From NCBI GenBank assembly GCA_964016885.1, contig OZ024740.1:16492001-16556000 (forward strand): DNA of 64,000 bases. Reading direction: 5' to 3'. The stretch's first letter is position 1; each line of letters starts with the position of its first letter. This stretch comes from Eledone cirrhosa (taxonomy: Eukaryota). Positions 29,450-42,923 of the stretch are shown here, piece by piece. A model generated the notes under the pieces. The model was not told the origin of the DNA. It did no database searches and worked only from the letters and a program-made list of their open reading frames with translations. A program made the position numbers and the translations under genes.

Positions 29450-32400
29450 AGGTTTACAGGGAGATATGAGTGTAAATATGGTGTCTTCTGGACAGAGCTT
29501 TACAGGGAGATATCAGAGTAAATATGGTGGTTTCTGGGCAGAGCTTTACAGGGAGATATCAGAGTAAATATGGTGGCTTCTAGACAAAGCTTTACAGGGA
29601 GACATCAGAGTAAATATGGTGGCTTCTAGATAGAGGTTTACCGGGAGACTTCACTGTAAATATGGTGGCTTCTAGACAGAGGTTTACTGGGAGACATCAC
29701 TGTAAATATGGTGGCTTCTAGACAGAGGTTTACTGAGAGATATCAGTGTAAATATGGTGGCTTCTAGACAAAGTTTTACAGGGAGACATCAGTGTAAATA
29801 TGGTGGCTTCTAGACAGAGCTTTACAGGGAGACATCAGTGTAAATATGGTGGCTTCTAGACAGAGCTTTACAGGGAGACATCAGTGTAAAAATGGTTGCT
29901 TCTGTACAGAGGTTTACAGGGATACATCAGTGTAAATATGGTGGCTTCTGGACAGATGTTTACAGGTAGATATCAGTGTAAATATGTTGGCTTCTAGACA
30001 GAGGTTTACAGGGAGACATCAGTGTAAATATGGTGGCTTCTGGATAGAGGTTTACAGGGAGACATCAGTGTAAATATGGTGGCTTCTGGACAGAGGTTTA
30101 CAGGGAGACATCAGTGTAAATATGGTGGCTTCTGGACAGAGCTTTACAGGGAGATATCAGTGTAAATATGGTGGCTTCTGGACAGAGGTCAACAGGGAGA
30201 CATCAGTGTAAATATGGTGGCATCTGGACAGAGGTTTACAGGGAGACATAAGTGTAAATATGGTGGGCCTAGACAGGTTTACAAGGAGACATCTGTGTAA
30301 ATATGGTGGCTTCTGGACAGATGTTTACAGGGAGACATCAGTGTAAATATGGTGGCTTCTAGACAGAGCTTTACAGGGAGACATCAGTGTAAATATGGTT
30401 GCTTCTAGACAGAGGTTTACAGGGAGACATCAGCGTAAATATGGTGGCTTCTGGACAGAGGTTTACAGGGAGACATCAGTGTATATATGGTGGCTTCTGG
30501 ATAGAGGTTTGCAGGGAGACATCAGTGTAAATATGGTGGCTTCTGGACAGAGGTTTACAGGGAGACATCAGTGTAAATATGGTGGCTTCTGGACAGAGGT
30601 TTACAGGGAGATATCAATGTAAATATGGTGGCTTATGGACAGAGGTTTACAGGGAGACATCAGTGTAAATATGGTGGCTTCTAGACAGAGCTTTACAGGG
30701 AGACATTAGTGTAAATATGGTGGCTTCTGGACAGAGGTTTACAGGGAGATATCAGAGTAAATATGGTGGCTTCTAGACAAAGCTTTACAGGGAGACATCA
30801 GTGTAAATGTGGTGGCTTCTAGACAGAGGTTTACTGGGTGACATCTGTGTAAATATGGTGGCTTCTAGACAAAGTTTTACAGGGAGACATCAGTGTAAAT
30901 ATGGTGGCTTCTAGACAGAGCTTTACAGGGAGACATCAGTGTAAATATGGTGGCTTCTAGACAGAGCTTTACAGGGAGACATCAGTGTAAAAATGGTTGC
31001 TTCTGGACAGAGGTTTACAGGGAGACATCAGTGTAAATATGGTGGCTTCTGGACAGATGTTTACAGGGAGACATCAGTGTAAATATATTGGCTTCTAGAC
31101 AGAGGTTTACAGGGAGACATCAGTGTAAATATGGTGGCTTCTGGATAGAGGTTTACAGGGAGACATCAGTGTAAATATGGTGGCTTCTGGACAGAGGTTT
31201 ACAGGGAGACATCAGTGTAAATATGGTGGCAGCTGGACAGAGGTTTACAGGGACACATCAGTGTAAATATGGTGGCTTCTGGACAGAGCTTTACAGGGAG
31301 ACATCAGTGGTGTAAATATGGTGGCTTCTGGACAGAGATTTACAGGGAGACATCAGTGTAAATATGGTGGCATCTGGACAAAGGTTTACAGGGACACATC
31401 AGTGTAAATATGGTGACTTCTAGACAGAGCTTTTCAGGGAGATATCAGAGTAAATATGGTGGCTTCTGGACAGAGGTTTACAGGGAGACATCAGTGTAAA
31501 TATGGTGGCTTCTAGACGGAGGTTTACAGGGAGACATCAGTGTAAATATGGTGGCTTCTGGATAGAGGTTTACAGGGAGACATCAGTGTAAATATGGTGG
31601 CTTCTGGACAGAGTTTACAGGGAGGCATTAGTGTAAATATGGTGGCTTCTGGACAGAGGTTTATAGGGAGATATCAGTGTTAATATGGTGGCTTCTGGAC
31701 AGAGGTTTACAGGGAGACATCAGTGTAAATGTGGTGGCATCTGGACAGAGGTTTACAATGAGACATCGGTGTAAATATGGTGGCTTCTGGACAGAGCTTT
31801 ACAGGGAGACATCAGTGTAAATATGGTGGCTTCTAGACAGAGCTTTACAGGGAGACATCAGTGTAAATATGGTGGCTTCTGGACAGAGGTTTACAGGGAG
31901 ATATCAGTGTAAATATGGTGGCTTCTAGACAGAGCTTTACAGGGAGACATCAATGTAAATATGGTGGCTTCTGGACAGAGGTTTACAGGGAGACATCAGT
32001 GTAAATATGGTGGCATCTGGACAGAGGTTTACAGGGAGACATCAGTGTAAATATGGTGGCTTCTGGACAGAGCTTTACAGAGAGACATTAGTGTAAATAT
32101 GGTGGCTTCTAGACAGAGGTTTAGAGGGAGACATCAGTGTAAATATGGTGGCATCTGGACAAAGGTTTACAGGGACACATCAGTGTAAATATGGTGGCTT
32201 CTAGACAGAGCTTTACACCGAGATATCAGAGTAAATATGATGGCTTCTAGACAGAGGTTTACAGGGAGATATCAGAGTAAATATGGTGGCTTCTGGACAG
32301 AGGTTTACAGGGAGACATCGGTGTAAATATGGTGTCTTCTGGACAGAGGTTTACAGGGAGATATTAGTGTAAATATGGTGTCTTCTGGACAGAGGTTTAA

Positions 32401-33900
32401 TGGGAGACATTAGTGTAAATATGGTGGCTTCTGGACAGAGCTTTACAGGGAGACATCAGTGTAAATATCGTGGCTTCTGGACAGAGGTTTACAGGGAGAC
32501 ATCAGTGTAAATATGGTTGCTTCTAGACAGAGGTTTACAGTGAGACATCAGTGTAAATATGGTGGCTTCTGGGCAGAGGTTTACAGGAAGACATCAGTGT
32601 AAAAATGGTGTCTTCTAGACAGAGCTTTACAGGGAGACATCAGTGTAAATATGGTTGCTTCTAGACAGAGGTTTACAGGGAGACATCAGTATAAATATGG
32701 TGGCTTCTGGACAGAGCTTTACAGGGAGATATCAGAGTAAATATGGTGGCTTCTGGACAGAGCTTTACAGGGAGATATCAGAGTAAATATGGTGGCTTCT
32801 AGACAAAGCTTTACAGGGAGACATCAGAGTAAATATGGTGGCATCTAGACAGAGATTTACAGGGAGACATCAGAGTAAATATGGTGGCTTCTAGATAGAG
32901 GTTTACAGGGAGACTTCAGTGTAAATATGGTGGCTTCTAGACAGACGTTTACTGGGAGACATCAGTGTAAATATGGTGGCTTCTAGACAGAGCTTTACAG
33001 GGAGACATCAGTGTAAATATGGTGGCTTCTGGACAGAGGTTTACAGGGAGATATCAGTGTAAATATGGTGGCTTCTAGACAGAGCTTTACAGGGAGACAT
33101 CAATGTAAATATGGTGGCTTCTGGACAGAGGTTTAAAGGGAGACATCAGAGTAAATATGGTTGCTTCTAGACAGAGCTTTACAGGGAGACATCAGTGTAA
33201 ATATGGTGGCATCTGGACAGAGGTTTACAGGGAGACATCAGTGTAAATATGGTGGCTTCTGGACAGAGCTTTACAGAGAGACATTAGTGTAAATATGGTG
33301 GCTTCTAGACAGAGGTTTACAGGGAGACATCAGTGTAAATATGGTGGCATCTGGACAAAGGTTTACAGGGACACATCAGTGTAAATATGGTGGCTTCTAG
33401 ACAGAGCTTTACAGGGAGATATCAGAGTAAATATGGTGGCTTCTAGACAGAGGTTTACAGGGAGATATCAGAGTAAATATGGTGGCTTCTAGACAGAGGT
33501 TTACAGGTAGAGATCAGTGTAAATATGGTGGCTTCTAGACGGAGGTTTACAGGGAGATATCAGTGTAAATATGGTGTCTTCTGGACAGAGGTTTACAGGG
33601 AGATATTAGTGTAAATATGGTGTCTTCTGGACAGAGGTTTACTGGGAGACATTAGTGTAAATATGGTGGCTTCTGGACAGAGCTTTACAGGGAGACATCA
33701 GTGTAAATATCGTGGCTTCTGGACAGAGGTTTACAGGGAGACATCAGTGTAAATATGGTTGCTTCTAGACAGAGGTTTACAGGGAGACATCAGTGTAAAT
33801 ATGGTGGCTTGTGGGCAGAGGTTTACAGGAAGACATCAGTGTAAAAATGGTGTCTTCTAGACAGAGCTTTACAGGGAGACATCAGTGTAAATATGGTTGC
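29450..33900. repeat. Block of about 4.4 kb duplicated at ~52950-57300 (offset about 23.4 kb)
   Basis: Rare variants shared in the same order: GGTCAACAGG (~30187/~53682), ACTGGGTGACATCTG (~30833/~54236), TTTAGAGGG (~32120/~55523), TACACCGAG (CC at 32218/55621, offset 23403), TTTAATGGG (~32396/~55799). ORFs at 30395 and 53798 are also 23403 apart. Confidence 0.8.
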
Positions 33901-35080
33901 TTCTAGACAGAGGTTTACAGGGAGACATCAGTGTAAATATGGTGGCTTCTGGACAGAGGTTTACAGGGAGACATCAGTGTAAAAATGGTGGCTTCTGGAC
34001 AGAGGTTTACAGGGAGACATCAGTGTAAATATGGTGGCTTCTGGACAGAGGTTTACAGGGAGACATCAGTGTGAATATGTTGGCTTCTAGACAGATGTTT
34101 ACAGGGAGACATCAGTGTAAATATGGTGGCTTCTGGATAGAGGTTTACAGGGAGACATCAGTGTAAATATGGTGGCTTCTGGACAGAGGTTTACAGGGAG
34201 ACATCAGTGTAAATATGGTGGCTTCTGGACAGAGGTTTACAGGGAGACATCAGAGTTAATATGCTGGATTCTAGACAGAGCTTTCCAGGGAGATATCAGA
34301 GTAAACATGGTGGCTTCTAGACAAAGCTTTACAGGGAGACATCAGTGTAAATATGGTGGCTTCTAGACAGAGCTTTACAGGGAGACATCAGTGTAAATAT
34401 GGTGGCTTCTAGACAAAGCTTTACAGGGAGACATCAGTGTAAATATGGTGGCTTCTAGACAAAGCTTTACACGGAGACATCAGTGTAAATATGTTGGCTT
34501 CTTGACAGAGCTTTTCAGGGAAACATCAGTGTAAATATGGTGGCTTCTGGACACAGGTTTACAGGGAGATATCAGTGTAAATATGGTTGCTTCTAGACAG
34601 AGCTTTGCAGGGAGACATCAGTGTAAATATGGTGGCTTCTGGACAGAGGTTTACAGGGAGATATCAGAGTAAATATAGTGGCTTCTGGACAGAGGTTTAC
34701 AGGGAGACATCAGTGTAAATATTGTGGCTTCTGGACAGAGCTTTACAGAGACACATTAGTGTAAATATGGTGGCTTCTAGACAGAGCTTTACAGGGAGTT
34801 ATCAGAGTAAATATAGTGGCTTCTGGACAGAGGTTTACAGGGAGACATCAGTGTAAATATGGTGGCTTCTAGACAGAGCTTTACAGGGAGATATCAGTGT
34901 AAATATGGTGGCTTCTGGACAGAGGTTTACAAGGAGACATCAGTGTAAATATGGTGGCTTCTGGACAGAGCTTTACAGGGAGACATTAGTGTAAATATGG
35001 TGGCTTCTAGACAGAGCTTTACAGGGGGATATCAGAGGAAATATAGTGGCTTCTGGACAGAGGTTTACAAGGAGACATCA
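32750..35080. repeat. Block duplicated at ~43250-45610 (offset about 10.5 kb), with a partial third copy at ~57330-57960
   Basis: ORFs at 34169, 44698 and 57434 are near-identical. All three copies share CAGAGTTAATATGCTGG, CTTTCCAGGG, TTACACGGAG, TTCTTGACAG and GACACAGG. GGGGGATATCAGAGG is in the first two only. Confidence 0.8.
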
Positions 35081-36287
35081 GTGTAAATATTGTGGCTTCT
35101 AGACAGAGGTTTACAGGGAGACATCAGTGTAAATATGGTGGCTTCTAGACAGAGGTTTACAGGGAGATATCAGTGTAAATATGGTGTTTTCTGGACAAAG
35201 CTTTACAGGGAGATATCAGAGTAAATATGGTGGCTTCTAGACAAAGCTTTACAGGGAGACATCAGTGTAAATATGGTGGCTTCTAGACAGAGGTTTACTG
35301 GGAGACATCAGTGTAAATATGGTGGCTTCTAGACAGAGCTTTACAGGGAGACATCAGTGTAAATATGGTGGCATCTGGACAAAGGTTTACAGGGACACAT
35401 CAGTGTAAATATGGTGGCTTCTAGACAGAGCATTACAGGGAGATATCAGAGTAAATATGGTGGCTTCTGGACAGAGCTTTACAGGGAGATATCAGAGTAA
35501 ATATGGTGGCTTCTGGACAGAGCTTTACAGGGAGATATCAGAGTAAATATGGTGGCTTCTAGACAAAGCTTTACAGGGAGACATCAGAGTAAATATGGTG
35601 GCATCTAGACAGAGATTTACAGGGAGACATCAGAGTAAATATGGTGGCTTCTAGATAGAGGTTTACAGGGAGACTTCAGTGTAAATATGGTGGCTTCTAG
35701 ACAGACGTTTACTGGGAGACATCAGTGTAAATATGGTGGCTTCTAGACGGAGCTTTACAGGGAGACATCAGTGTAAATATGGTGGCTTCTGGACAGAGGT
35801 TTACAGGGAGATATCAGTGTAAATATGGTGGCTTCTAGACAGAGCTTTACAGGGAGACATCAATGTAAATATGGTGGCATCTGGACAAAGGTTTACAGGG
35901 ACACATCAGTGTAAATATGGTGGCTTCTAGACAGAGCTTTACAGGGAGATATCAGAGTAAATATGGTGGCTTCTAGACAGAGGTTTACAGGGAGATATCA
36001 GAGTAAATATGGTGGCTTCTGGACAGAGGTTTACAGGGAGACATCAGTGTAAATATGGTGGCTTCTAGACAGAGGTTTACAGGTAGAGATCAGTGTAAAT
36101 ATGGTGGCTTCTAGACGGAGGTTTACAAGGAGACATCAGTGTAAATATGGTGGCTTCTGGATAGAGGTTTACAGGGAGACATCAGTGTAAATATGGTGGC
36201 TTCTGGACAGAGGTTTACAGGGAGGCATTAGTGAAAATATGGTGGCTTCTGGACAGAGGTTTACAGGGAGACATCAGTGTAAATATG

Positions 36288-39200
36288 GTGGCTTCTAGAC
36301 AGAGCTTTACAGGGAGACATCAGTGTAAATATGGTGGCTTCTAGACAGAGCTTTACAGGGAGATATCAGAGTAAATATGGTGGCTTCTGGACAGAGGTTT
36401 ACAGGGAGACATCAGTGTAAATATGGTGGCTTCTAGACGGAGGTTTACAGGGAGACATCAGTGTAAATATGGTGGCTTCTGTATAGAGGTTTACAGGGAG
36501 ACATCAGTGTAAATATGGTGGCTTCTGGACAGAGGTTTACAGGGAGGCATTAGTGTAAATATGGTGGTTTCTGGACAGAGGTTTATACGGAGATATCAGT
36601 GTTAATATGGTGGCTTCTGGACAGAGGTTTACAGGGAGACATCAGTGTAAATGTGGTGGCATCTGGACAGAGGTTTACAATGAGACATCAGTGTAAATAT
36701 GGTGGCTTCTGGACAGAGCTTTACAGGGAGACATCAGTGTACATATGGTGGCTTCTAGACAGAGGTTTACAGGGAGACATCAGTGTAAATATGGTGGCTT
36801 CTAGACAGAGGTTTACAGGGAGTCATCAGTGTAAATATGGTGGTTTCTAGACGGAGGTTTACAGGGAGATATGAGTGTAAATATGGTGTCTTCTGGACAG
36901 AGGTTTACAGGGAGATATGAGTGTAAATATGGTGTCTTCTGGACAGAGCTTTACAGGGAGATATCAGAGTAAATATGGTGGTTTCTGGGCAGAGATTTAC
37001 AGGGAGATATCAGAGTAAATATGGTGGCTTCTAGACAAAGCTTTACAGGGAGACATCAGTGTAAATATAGTGGCTTCTGGAGAGAGGATTACAGGGAGAC
37101 ATCAGTGTAAATATGTTGGCTTCTAGACAGAGGTTTACAGGGAGACATCAGTGTAAATATGGTGGCTTCTGGATAGAGGTTTACAGGGAGACATCAGTGT
37201 AAATATGGTGGCTTCTGGACAGAGGTTTACAGGGAGACATCAGTGTAAATATGGTGGCATCTAGACAGAGATTTACAGGGAGACATCAGAGTAAATATGG
37301 TGGCTTCTAGATAGAGGTTTACCGGGAGACTTCAGTGTAAATATGGTGGCTTCTAGACAGAGGTTTACTGGGAGACATCACTGTAAATATGGTGGCTTCT
37401 AGACAGAGGTTTACTGAGAGACATCAGTGTAAATATGGTGGCTTCTAGACAAAGTTTTACAGGGAGACATCAGTGTAAATATGGTGGCTTCTAGACAGAG
37501 CTTTACAGGGAGACATCAGTGTAAATATGGTGGCTTCTAGACAGCTTTACAGGGAGACATCAGTGTAAATATGGTGGCTTCTGGACAGATGTTTACAGGT
37601 AGACATCAGTGTAAATATGTTGGCTTCTAGACAGAGGTTTACAGGGAGACATCAGTGTAAATATGGTGGCTTCAGGATAGAGGTTTACAGGGAGACATCA
37701 GTGTAAATAGGGTGGCTTCTGGACAGAGGTTTACAGGGAGACATCAGTGTAAATATGGTGGCTTCTGGACAGAGCTTTACAGGGAGATATCAGTGTAAAT
37801 ATGGTGGCTTCTGGACAGAGGTCTACAGGGAGACATCAGTGTAAATATGGTGGCATCTGGACAGAGGTTTACAGGGAGACATAAGTGTAAATATGGTGGG
37901 CCTAGACAGGTTTACAAGGAGACATCTGTGTAAATATGGTGGCTTCTGGACAGATGTTTACAGGGAGAAATCAGTGTAAATATGGTGTCTTCTAGACAGA
38001 GCTTTACAGGGAGACATCAGTGTAAATATGGTTGCTTCTAGACAGAGGTTTACAGGGAGACATCAGCGTAAATATGGTGGCTTCTGGACAGAGGTTTACA
38101 GGGAGACATCAGTGTATATATGGTGGCTTCTGGATAGAGGTTTGCAGTGAGACATCAGTGTAAATATGGTGGCTTCTGGACAGAGGTTTACAGGGAGACA
38201 TCAGTGTAAATATGGTGGCTTCTGGACAGAGGTTTACAGGGAGATATCAATGTAAATATGGTGGCTTATGGACAGAGGTTTACAGGGAGACATCAGTGTA
38301 AATATGGTGGCTTCTAGACAGAGCTTTACAGGGAGACATTAGTGTAAATATGGTGGCTTCTGGACAGAGGTTTACAGGGAGATATCAGAGTAAATATGGT
38401 GGCTTCTAGACAAAGCTTTACAGGGAGACATCAGTGTAAATGTGGTGGCTTCTAGACAGAGGTTTACTGGGAGACATCTGTGTAAATATGGTGGCTTCTA
38501 GACAAAGTTTTACAGGGAGAAATCAGTGTAAATATGGTGGCTTCTAGACAGAGCTTTACAGGGAGACATCAGTGTAAATATGGTGGCTTCTAGACAGAGC
38601 TTTACAGGGAGACATCAGTGTAAAAATGGTTGCTTCTGGACAGAGGTTTACAGGGAGACATCAGTGTAAATATGGTGGCTTCTGGACAGATGTTTACAGG
38701 GAGACATCAGTGTAAATATATTGGCTTCTAGACAGAGGTTTACAGGGAGACATCAGTGTAAATATGGTGGCTTCTGGATAGAGGTTTACAGGGAGACATC
38801 AGTGTAAATATGGTGGCTTCTGGACAGAGGTTTACAGGGAGACATCAGTGTAAATATGGTGGCAGCTGGACAGTGGTTTACAGGGACACATCAGTGTAAA
38901 TATGGTGGCTTCTGGACAGAGCTTTACAGGGAGACATCAGTGGTGTAAATATGGTGGCTTCTGGACAGAGATTTACAGGGAGACATCAGTGTAAATATGG
39001 TGGCATCTGGACAAAGGTTTACAGGGACACATCAGTGTAAATATGGTGACTTCTAGACAGAGCTTTTCAGGGAGATATCAGAGTAAATATGGTGGCTTCT
39101 GGACAGAGGTTTACAGGGAGACATCAGTGTAAATATGGTAGCTTCTAGACGGAGGTTTACAGGGAGACATCAGTGTAAATATGGTGGCTTCTGGATAGAG

Positions 39201-42200
39201 GTTTACAGGGAGACATCAGTGTAAATATGGTGGCTTCTGGACAGAGTTTACAGGGAGGCATTAGTGTAAATATGGTGGCTTCTGGACAGAGGTTTATAGG
39301 GATATATCAGTGTTAATATGGTGGCTTCTGGACAGAGGTTTACAGGGAGACATCAGTGTAAATGTGGTGGCATCTGGACAGAGGTTTACAATGAGACATC
39401 GGTGTAAATATGGTGGCTTCTGGATAGAGGTTTACAGGTAGACATCAGTGTAAATATGGTGGCTTCTGGACAGAGGTTTACAGGGAGACATTAGTGTAAA
39501 TATGGTGGCTTCTAGACAGAGCTTTACAGGGAGATATCAGAGTAAATATGGTGGCTTCTGGACAGAGCTTTACAGGGAGACATCAGTGTAAATATTGTGG
39601 CTTCTAGACAGAGCTTTACAGGGAGACATCAGTGTAAATATGGTGGCTTCTAGACAGAGCTTTACAGGGAGATATCAGAGTAAATATGGTGGCTTCTGGA
39701 CAGAGGTTTACAGGGAGACATCAGTGTAAATATGGTGGCTTCTAGACGGAGGTTTACAGGGAGACATCAGTGTAAATATGGTGGCTTCTGTATAGAGGTT
39801 TACAGGGAGACATCAGTGTAAATATGGTGGCTTCTGGACAGAGGTTTACAGGGAGGCATTAGTGTAAATATGGTGGTTTCTGGACAGAGGTTTATACGGA
39901 GATATCAGTGTTAATATGGTGGCTTCTGGACAGAGGTTTACAGGGAGACATCAGTGTAAATGTGGTGGCATCTGGACAGAGGTTTACAATGAGACATCAG
40001 TGTAAATATGGTGGCTTCTGGACAGAGCTTTACAGGGAGACATCAGTGTACATATGGTGGCTTCTAGACAGAGGTTTACAGGGAGACATCAGTGTAAATA
40101 TGGTGGCTTCTAGACAGAGGTTTACAGGGAGTCATCAGTGTAAATATGGTGGTTTCTAGACGGAGGTTTACAGGGAGATATGAGTGTAAATATGGTGTCT
40201 TCTGGACAGAGGTTTACAGGGAGATATGAGTGTAAATATGGTGTCTTCTGGACAGAGCTTTACAGGGAGATATCAGAGTAAATATGGTGGTTTCTGGGCA
40301 GAGATTTACAGGGAGATATCAGAGTAAATATGGTGGCTTCTAGACAAAGCTTTACAGGGAGACATCAGTGTAAATATAGTGGCTTCTGGAGAGAGGATTA
40401 CAGGGAGACATCAGTGTAAATATGTTGGCTTCTAGACAGAGGTTTACAGGGAGACATCAGTGTAAATATGGTGGCTTCTGGATAGAGGTTTACAGGGAGA
40501 CATCAGTGTAAATATGGTGGCTTCTGGACAGAGGTTTACAGGGAGACATCAGTGTAAATATGGTGGCATCTAGACAGAGATTTACAGGGAGACATCAGAG
40601 TAAATATGGTGGCTTCTAGATAGAGGTTTACCGGGAGACTTCAGTGTAAATATGGTGGCTTCTAGACAGAGGTTTACTGGGAGACATCACTGTAAATATG
40701 GTGGCTTCTAGACAGAGGTTTACTGAGAGACATCAGTGTAAATATGGTGGCTTCTAGACAAAGTTTTACAGGGAGACATCAGTGTAAATATGGTGGCTTC
40801 TAGACAGAGCTTTACAGGGAGACATCAGTGTAAATATGGTGGCTTCTAGACAGCTTTACAGGGAGACATCAGTGTAAATATGGTGGCTTCTGGACAGATG
40901 TTTACAGGTAGACATCAGTGTAAATATGTTGGCTTCTAGACAGAGGTTTACAGGGAGACATCAGTGTAAATATGGTGGCTTCTGGATAGAGGTTTACAGG
41001 GAGACATCAGTGTAAATAGGGTGGCTTCTGGACAGAGGTTTACAGGGAGACATCAGTGTAAATATGGTGGCTTCTGGACAGAGCTTTACAGGGAGATATC
41101 AGTGTAAATATGGTGGCTTCTGGACAGAGGTCTACAGGGAGACATCAGTGTAAATATGGTGGCATCTGGACAGAGGTTTACAGGGAGACATAAGTGTAAA
41201 TATGGTGGGCCTAGACAGGTTTACAAGGAGACATCTGTGTAAATATGGTGGCTTCTGGACAGATGTTTACAGGGAGAAATCAGTGTAAATATGGTGGCTT
41301 CTAGACAGAGCTTTACAGGGAGACATCAGTGTAAATATGGTTGCTTCTAGACAGAGGTGTACAGGGAGACATCAGCGTAAATATGGTGGCTTCTGGACAG
41401 AGGTTTACAGGGAGACATCAGTGTATATATGGTGGCTTCTGGATAGAGGTTTGCAGGGAGACATCAGTGTAAATATGGTGGCTTCTGGACAGAGGTTTAC
41501 AGGGAGACATCAGTGTAAATATGGTGGCTTCTGGACAGAGGTTTACAGGGAGATATCAATGTAAATATGGTGGCTTATGGACAGAGGTTTACAGGGAGAC
41601 ATCAGTGTAAATATGGTGGCTTCTAGACAGAGCTTTACAGGGAGACATTAGTGTAAATATGGTGGCTTCTGGACAGAGGTTTACAGGGAGATATCAGAGT
41701 AAATATGGTGGCTTCTAGACAAAGCTTTACAGGGAGACATCAGTGTAAATGTGGTGGCTTCTAGACAGAGGTTTACTGGGAGACATCTGTGTAAATATAG
41801 GTGGCTTCTAGACAAAGTTTTACAGGGAGAAATCAGTGTAAATATGGTGGCTTCTAGACAGAGCTTTACAGGGAGACATCAGTGTAAATATGGTGGCTTC
41901 TAGACAGAGCTTTACAGGGAGACATCAGTGTAAAAATGGTTGCTTCTGGACAGAGGTTTACAGGGAGACATCAGTGTAAATATGGTGGCTTCTGGACAGA
42001 TGTTTACAGGGAGACATCAGTGTAAATATATTGGCTTCTAGACAGAGGTTTACAGGGAGACATCAGTGTAAATATGGTGGCTTCTGGATAGAGGTTTACA
42101 GGGAGACATCAGTGTAAATATGGTGGCTTCTGGACAGAGGTTTACAGGGAGACATCAGTGTAAATATGGTGGCAGCTGGACAGAGGTTTACAGGGACACA

Positions 42201-42923
42201 TCAGTGTAAATATGGTGGCTTCTGGACAGAGCTTTACAGGGAGACATCAGTGGTGTAAATATGGTGGCTTCTGGACAGAGATTTACAGGGAGACATCAGT
42301 GTAAATATGGTGGCATCTGGACAAAGGTTTACAGGGACACATCAGTGTAAATATGGTGACTTCTAGACAGAGCTTTTCAGGGAGATATCAGAGTAAATAT
42401 GGTGGCTTCTGGACAGAGGTTTACAGGGAGACATCAGTGTAAATATGGTAGCTTCTAGACGGAGGTTTACAGGGAGACATCAGTGTAAATATGGTGGCTT
42501 CTGGATAGAGGTTTACAGGGAGACATCAGTGTAAATATGGTGGCTTCTGGACAGAGTTTACAGGGAGGCATTAGTGTAAATATGGTGGCTTCTGGACAGA
42601 GGTTTATAGGGAGATATCAGTGTTAATATGGTGGCTTCTGGACAGAGGTTTACAGGGAGACATCAGTGTAAATGTGGTGGCATCTGGACAGAGGTTTACA
42701 ATGAGACATCGGTGTAAATATGGTGGCTTCTGGATAGAGGTTTACAGGTAGACATCAGTGTAAATATGGTGGCTTCTGGACAGAGGTTTACAGGGAGACA
42801 TTAGTGTAAATATGGTGGCTTCTAGACAGAGCTTTACAGGGAGATATCAGAGTAAATATGGTGGCTTCTGGACAGAGCTTTACAGGGAGACATCAGTGTA
42901 AATATTGTGGCTTCTAGACAGAG
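36288..42923. repeat. Tandem higher-order duplication of 72 monomers (3,309 bp)
   Basis: Identical ORFs at 36599 and 39908 give 3309 = 72x46-3. This is accounted for exactly by the +3, -3, -2 (~37541) and -1 (~39245) length variants inside the unit. The junction lies at ~39597-39613. Confidence 0.9.
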
